From the NCBI GenBank assembly GCA_045542035.1, contig JAZQKG010000089.1, positions 1-50,405 of the forward strand: 50,405 nt of DNA. The letters are read 5' to 3'. The notes under the pieces were generated by a model, which searched no databases, was not told the DNA's origin, and saw nothing but the letters and a program-made list of their open reading frames with translations. Shown here one piece after another: positions 48,299-50,405 of this stretch. The DNA comes from Eubacteriales bacterium (GTDB lineage: Bacteria > Bacillota > Clostridia > Oscillospirales > CAG-272). A program made the position numbers and the translations under genes. Position 1 is the first letter of the stretch, and every line of letters begins with the position of its first letter.

Positions 48299-49684
48299 TT
48301 ATACTGAATCTTTCGCTTTTTCTCTCTTTTTTATCTCGCCTGATATACGTTTGAGGAGTATAGCGGCAAGAATCGTTGCAAGGAAGTTAACTCCAACGAA
48401 GTTGAACCATATTCCGTCAAGTCCAAAGCTCCAGAGCGCTCCGAGAAGAATTACGGGAAAAACAAGAGCAACCGCAACTGACATAATAGTCGCCTGAATC
48501 GGTTTTTCAATAGCGCTCAGAAAGCTTTGCGTGGTAACGGCAATCCAACGGAAAAGATACGCAAAACAGAAAAGCTTTATTGCTCGAGTTGATATTTCAA
48601 GAAGCTTTGTGTCGTTCGCGTTTGCAAAAAGAGACGCGACCGTTCCGGAAAAGAAGAAGAGTATCGACGTCGAAATAAGACCTACGATGCACGTTCCAAC
48701 GTATGCGCATTTAACTATTTTTTTAACACGGGTGTAGTTTTCAGCTCCCCAGTTGTAACCAAGAGCGGGAGCGAGAGAGTCGCTTATACCGTATAGCAGC
48801 GGCCAGCACAAGTCGCTTGAATACATAAGGACTGCGTAAACTGCGACAGCCGTAGTTCCACCGCCCTCACCGAAAGCGCTTACACCGAGTGACATAAGGG
48901 ATATATTCATAAGTATCGACGTTACGCGCCCGGATATATTGCTTAAAAATATAGGAGATCCGCAAGCTGTTATTTGTTTAAGCATTCCTAATTTGAATTT
49001 CGGCTTTACAAACTTGAGAAGCGTTCTTTTCATAAGGAACGGTATCATTGCAATGATAGAGCAGGTGCACATTGATAGCGATGTTGCAAGTGCTGAACCG
49101 ACAACGTCCATTTTAAGAGCGAGAAGGAAAAAGGTTAAAAGACCTATAGTAAACAGGTTGCAGAAAATATTAATTACCATACTCGTCTTAACGAATCCGC
49201 TTATGCGAAGGTAGTTATCCATTGCAAAGAAAATCGTTGAAAGCGGACTGCACAGTGCATAGGTGCGAAGATATCTGACAGACGTGTTCAGCAATACGTC
49301 ATCAGCGCCCATCATTCGAGCAAGAGGTTCAGCGGCAAAAAACATGACGCTTCCCATAAATACAGAAGCGATAAATATCATAATTACCGAGCAGGAGAAA
49401 ACGTTGTTCGCGGTTTCGCGGTCTCCCTTTCCAAGCGCTATTGATATCGGAACCGAAGCGCCAACACCGATAAGATCGGTAAGAGAGAAATTAATCATAA
49501 CTAGTGGGAATGCAATATTGACAGCCGCAAACGCTCCCTCTCCAAGTATTTGACCTATAAATATGCCTTCAACGATGCTGTATATCGACATGGCGAACAT
49601 GCTTATCATTCCCGGCATTGCCACAATAAAGAAAAGCTTCCATGGCTTCATTGTAGCATACATAACTTCAGCTTTTAATTTCAT
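48299..49684 (-). CDS. MATE family efflux transporter
   Basis: About 12 TMs in two MatE repeats (GQILGEGAFAAVNIAFP, GSALAT, GYNWGA, GLDGIW). Confidence 0.93.
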   Translation of the reverse strand: MKLKAEVMYATMKPWKLFFIVAMPGMISMFAMSIYSIVEGIFIGQILGEGAFAAVNIAFPLVMINFSLTDLIGVGASVPISIALGKGDRETANNVFSCSVIMIFIASVFMGSVMFFAAEPLARMMGADDVLLNTSVRYLRTYALCSPLSTIFFAMDNYLRISGFVKTSMVINIFCNLFTIGLLTFFLLALKMDVVGSALATSLSMCTCSIIAMIPFLMKRTLLKFVKPKFKLGMLKQITACGSPIFLSNISGRVTSILMNISLMSLGVSAFGEGGGTTAVAVYAVLMYSSDLCWPLLYGISDSLAPALGYNWGAENYTRVKKIVKCAYVGTCIVGLISTSILFFFSGTVASLFANANDTKLLEISTRAIKLFCFAYLFRWIAVTTQSFLSAIEKPIQATIMSVAVALVFPVILLGALWSFGLDGIWFNFVGVNFLATILAAILLKRISGEIKKREKAKDSV

Positions 49685-49714
49685 TTTACTATATATTCCG
49701 TTTTGCGTTTATTG

Positions 49715-49765
49715 ATATCATATGAAATACTATGATATTATATTATATTTTAATATTATTGTCAA
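49715..49765 (-). promoter_or_regulatory. MATE promoter with an inverted-repeat operator
   Basis: TTGACA(49765-60)-N17-TATAAT(49742-37); ATATCATA-N8-TATGATAT at 49715-38. Confidence 0.65.
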
Positions 49766-50006
49766 GAGATATAACAACTCCTTCAATTAAAAAAAGAAAA
49801 GGTGCTCGGTGCGCACGCTTTTCTTTGAATATGATAATAGGAGCGAACAAAGTTCGGCTGATCGGTCAATTCATTGTTTTATCAATTTCCAAAATTCTAT
49901 TTCCAGCTCTTTCTTGAATAAAAGTTTTTTGGAATTTTTTGCAAAATACAGATGATGCTGTGCCTGCAGCGCAAATGAAAAATCCGAAAGCACTGCTTCC
50001 GGATTT

Positions 50007-50081
50007 TGGCAGGGGTAGCAAGATTCGAACTTACGAATAAAGGAGTCAAAGTCCTTTGCCTTACCGCTTGGCGATACCCCT
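50007..50081 (-). tRNA. tRNA-Gln (anticodon TTG)
   Basis: AGGGGTA...TACCCCT-G-CCA; anticodon arm AAGGA-CTTTGAC-TCCTT; TTCGAAT T-loop; upstream TTGACA-N17-TATAAT (50154-50126). Confidence 0.96.
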
Positions 50082-50371
50082 GGATGATATTAAATTTATA
50101 CTTTAATTACAAACTTGACTTAGAGATTATAACATAAAAAATATGTTATGTCAAGATGAAAGCTTGCTTTTTTTAAAAATCAATTAAATTGCTTTAAAAT
50201 AAAACCGACCGCAAGGGTCGGAAAAGAAGCTGGGTATTGCTATGCGTGGAATGCTATGCAAATAACGTTCCGCAATTTATCTATGGGAATCTTTTGCTCC
50301 GCATAACGCAAGATACCGCCGATGGCGGTATGCGGCCTGCTCACAAGGTGAGCGTCCGTTCAGCAAGCCCC

Positions 50372-50405
50372 AAGTCGGAGGCCAAGCGGTCTTAGGAAGA
50401 CAATG
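50372..50405 (+). other. MGI/BGISEQ sequencing adapter (artifact)
   Basis: AAGTCGGAGGCCAAGCGGTCTTAGGAAGACAA at 50372-50403. Confidence 0.95.

Noticed and set aside
49844-49856. LexA box CGAAC-AAA-GTTCG
   Set aside because: The spacer is 3 nt rather than 4, and it is not positioned at an SOS gene promoter.
50324-50371. Group II intron domain V or tmRNA 5' end
   Set aside because: It lacks a proper catalytic-triad hairpin and the tmRNA GGATTCGAC motif.

Overview
Mostly housekeeping chromosome of a low-GC, spore-forming Clostridia-like (Bacillota) bacterium, probably one whole metagenomic contig: both ends carry MGI/BGISEQ adapter sequence. Gene order: spoVG (partial), murC, mgtE behind a structured attenuator-type leader, asnS, an XRE regulator plus zinc-ribbon membrane protein, pepT, a complete atp operon with a Na+-type c subunit, a nucleoside salvage operon (tdk-deoC-deoD-deoB-cdd-pdp), topB, an unannotated 32-aa Cys-rich peptide, DUF4830, DUF368, an aldo/keto reductase, an MGMT-like protein, GH88, EamA, YhcH, DUF3267, a four-helix-bundle gene, rlmD, AraC, tRNA-Glu, THF riboswitch-folT-folC, metF with a split metH, a Y-family polymerase plus YolD, a cyclophilin, ytvI, rpmB, proBAC, MATE and tRNA-Gln. 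The most unusual element lies at the 3' end of rlmD: a ~190-nt array of short GC hairpins joined by 7-nt ATGAWTT linkers in two inverted blocks. The linkers covary so that the array can fold into a ladder of multiway junctions, directly upstream of a four-helix-bundle (IVP/Avd-like fold) gene. Several gene remnants and a probable IS3-type end suggest ongoing gene decay. All family calls come from motif recognition by eye; no database searches were run.
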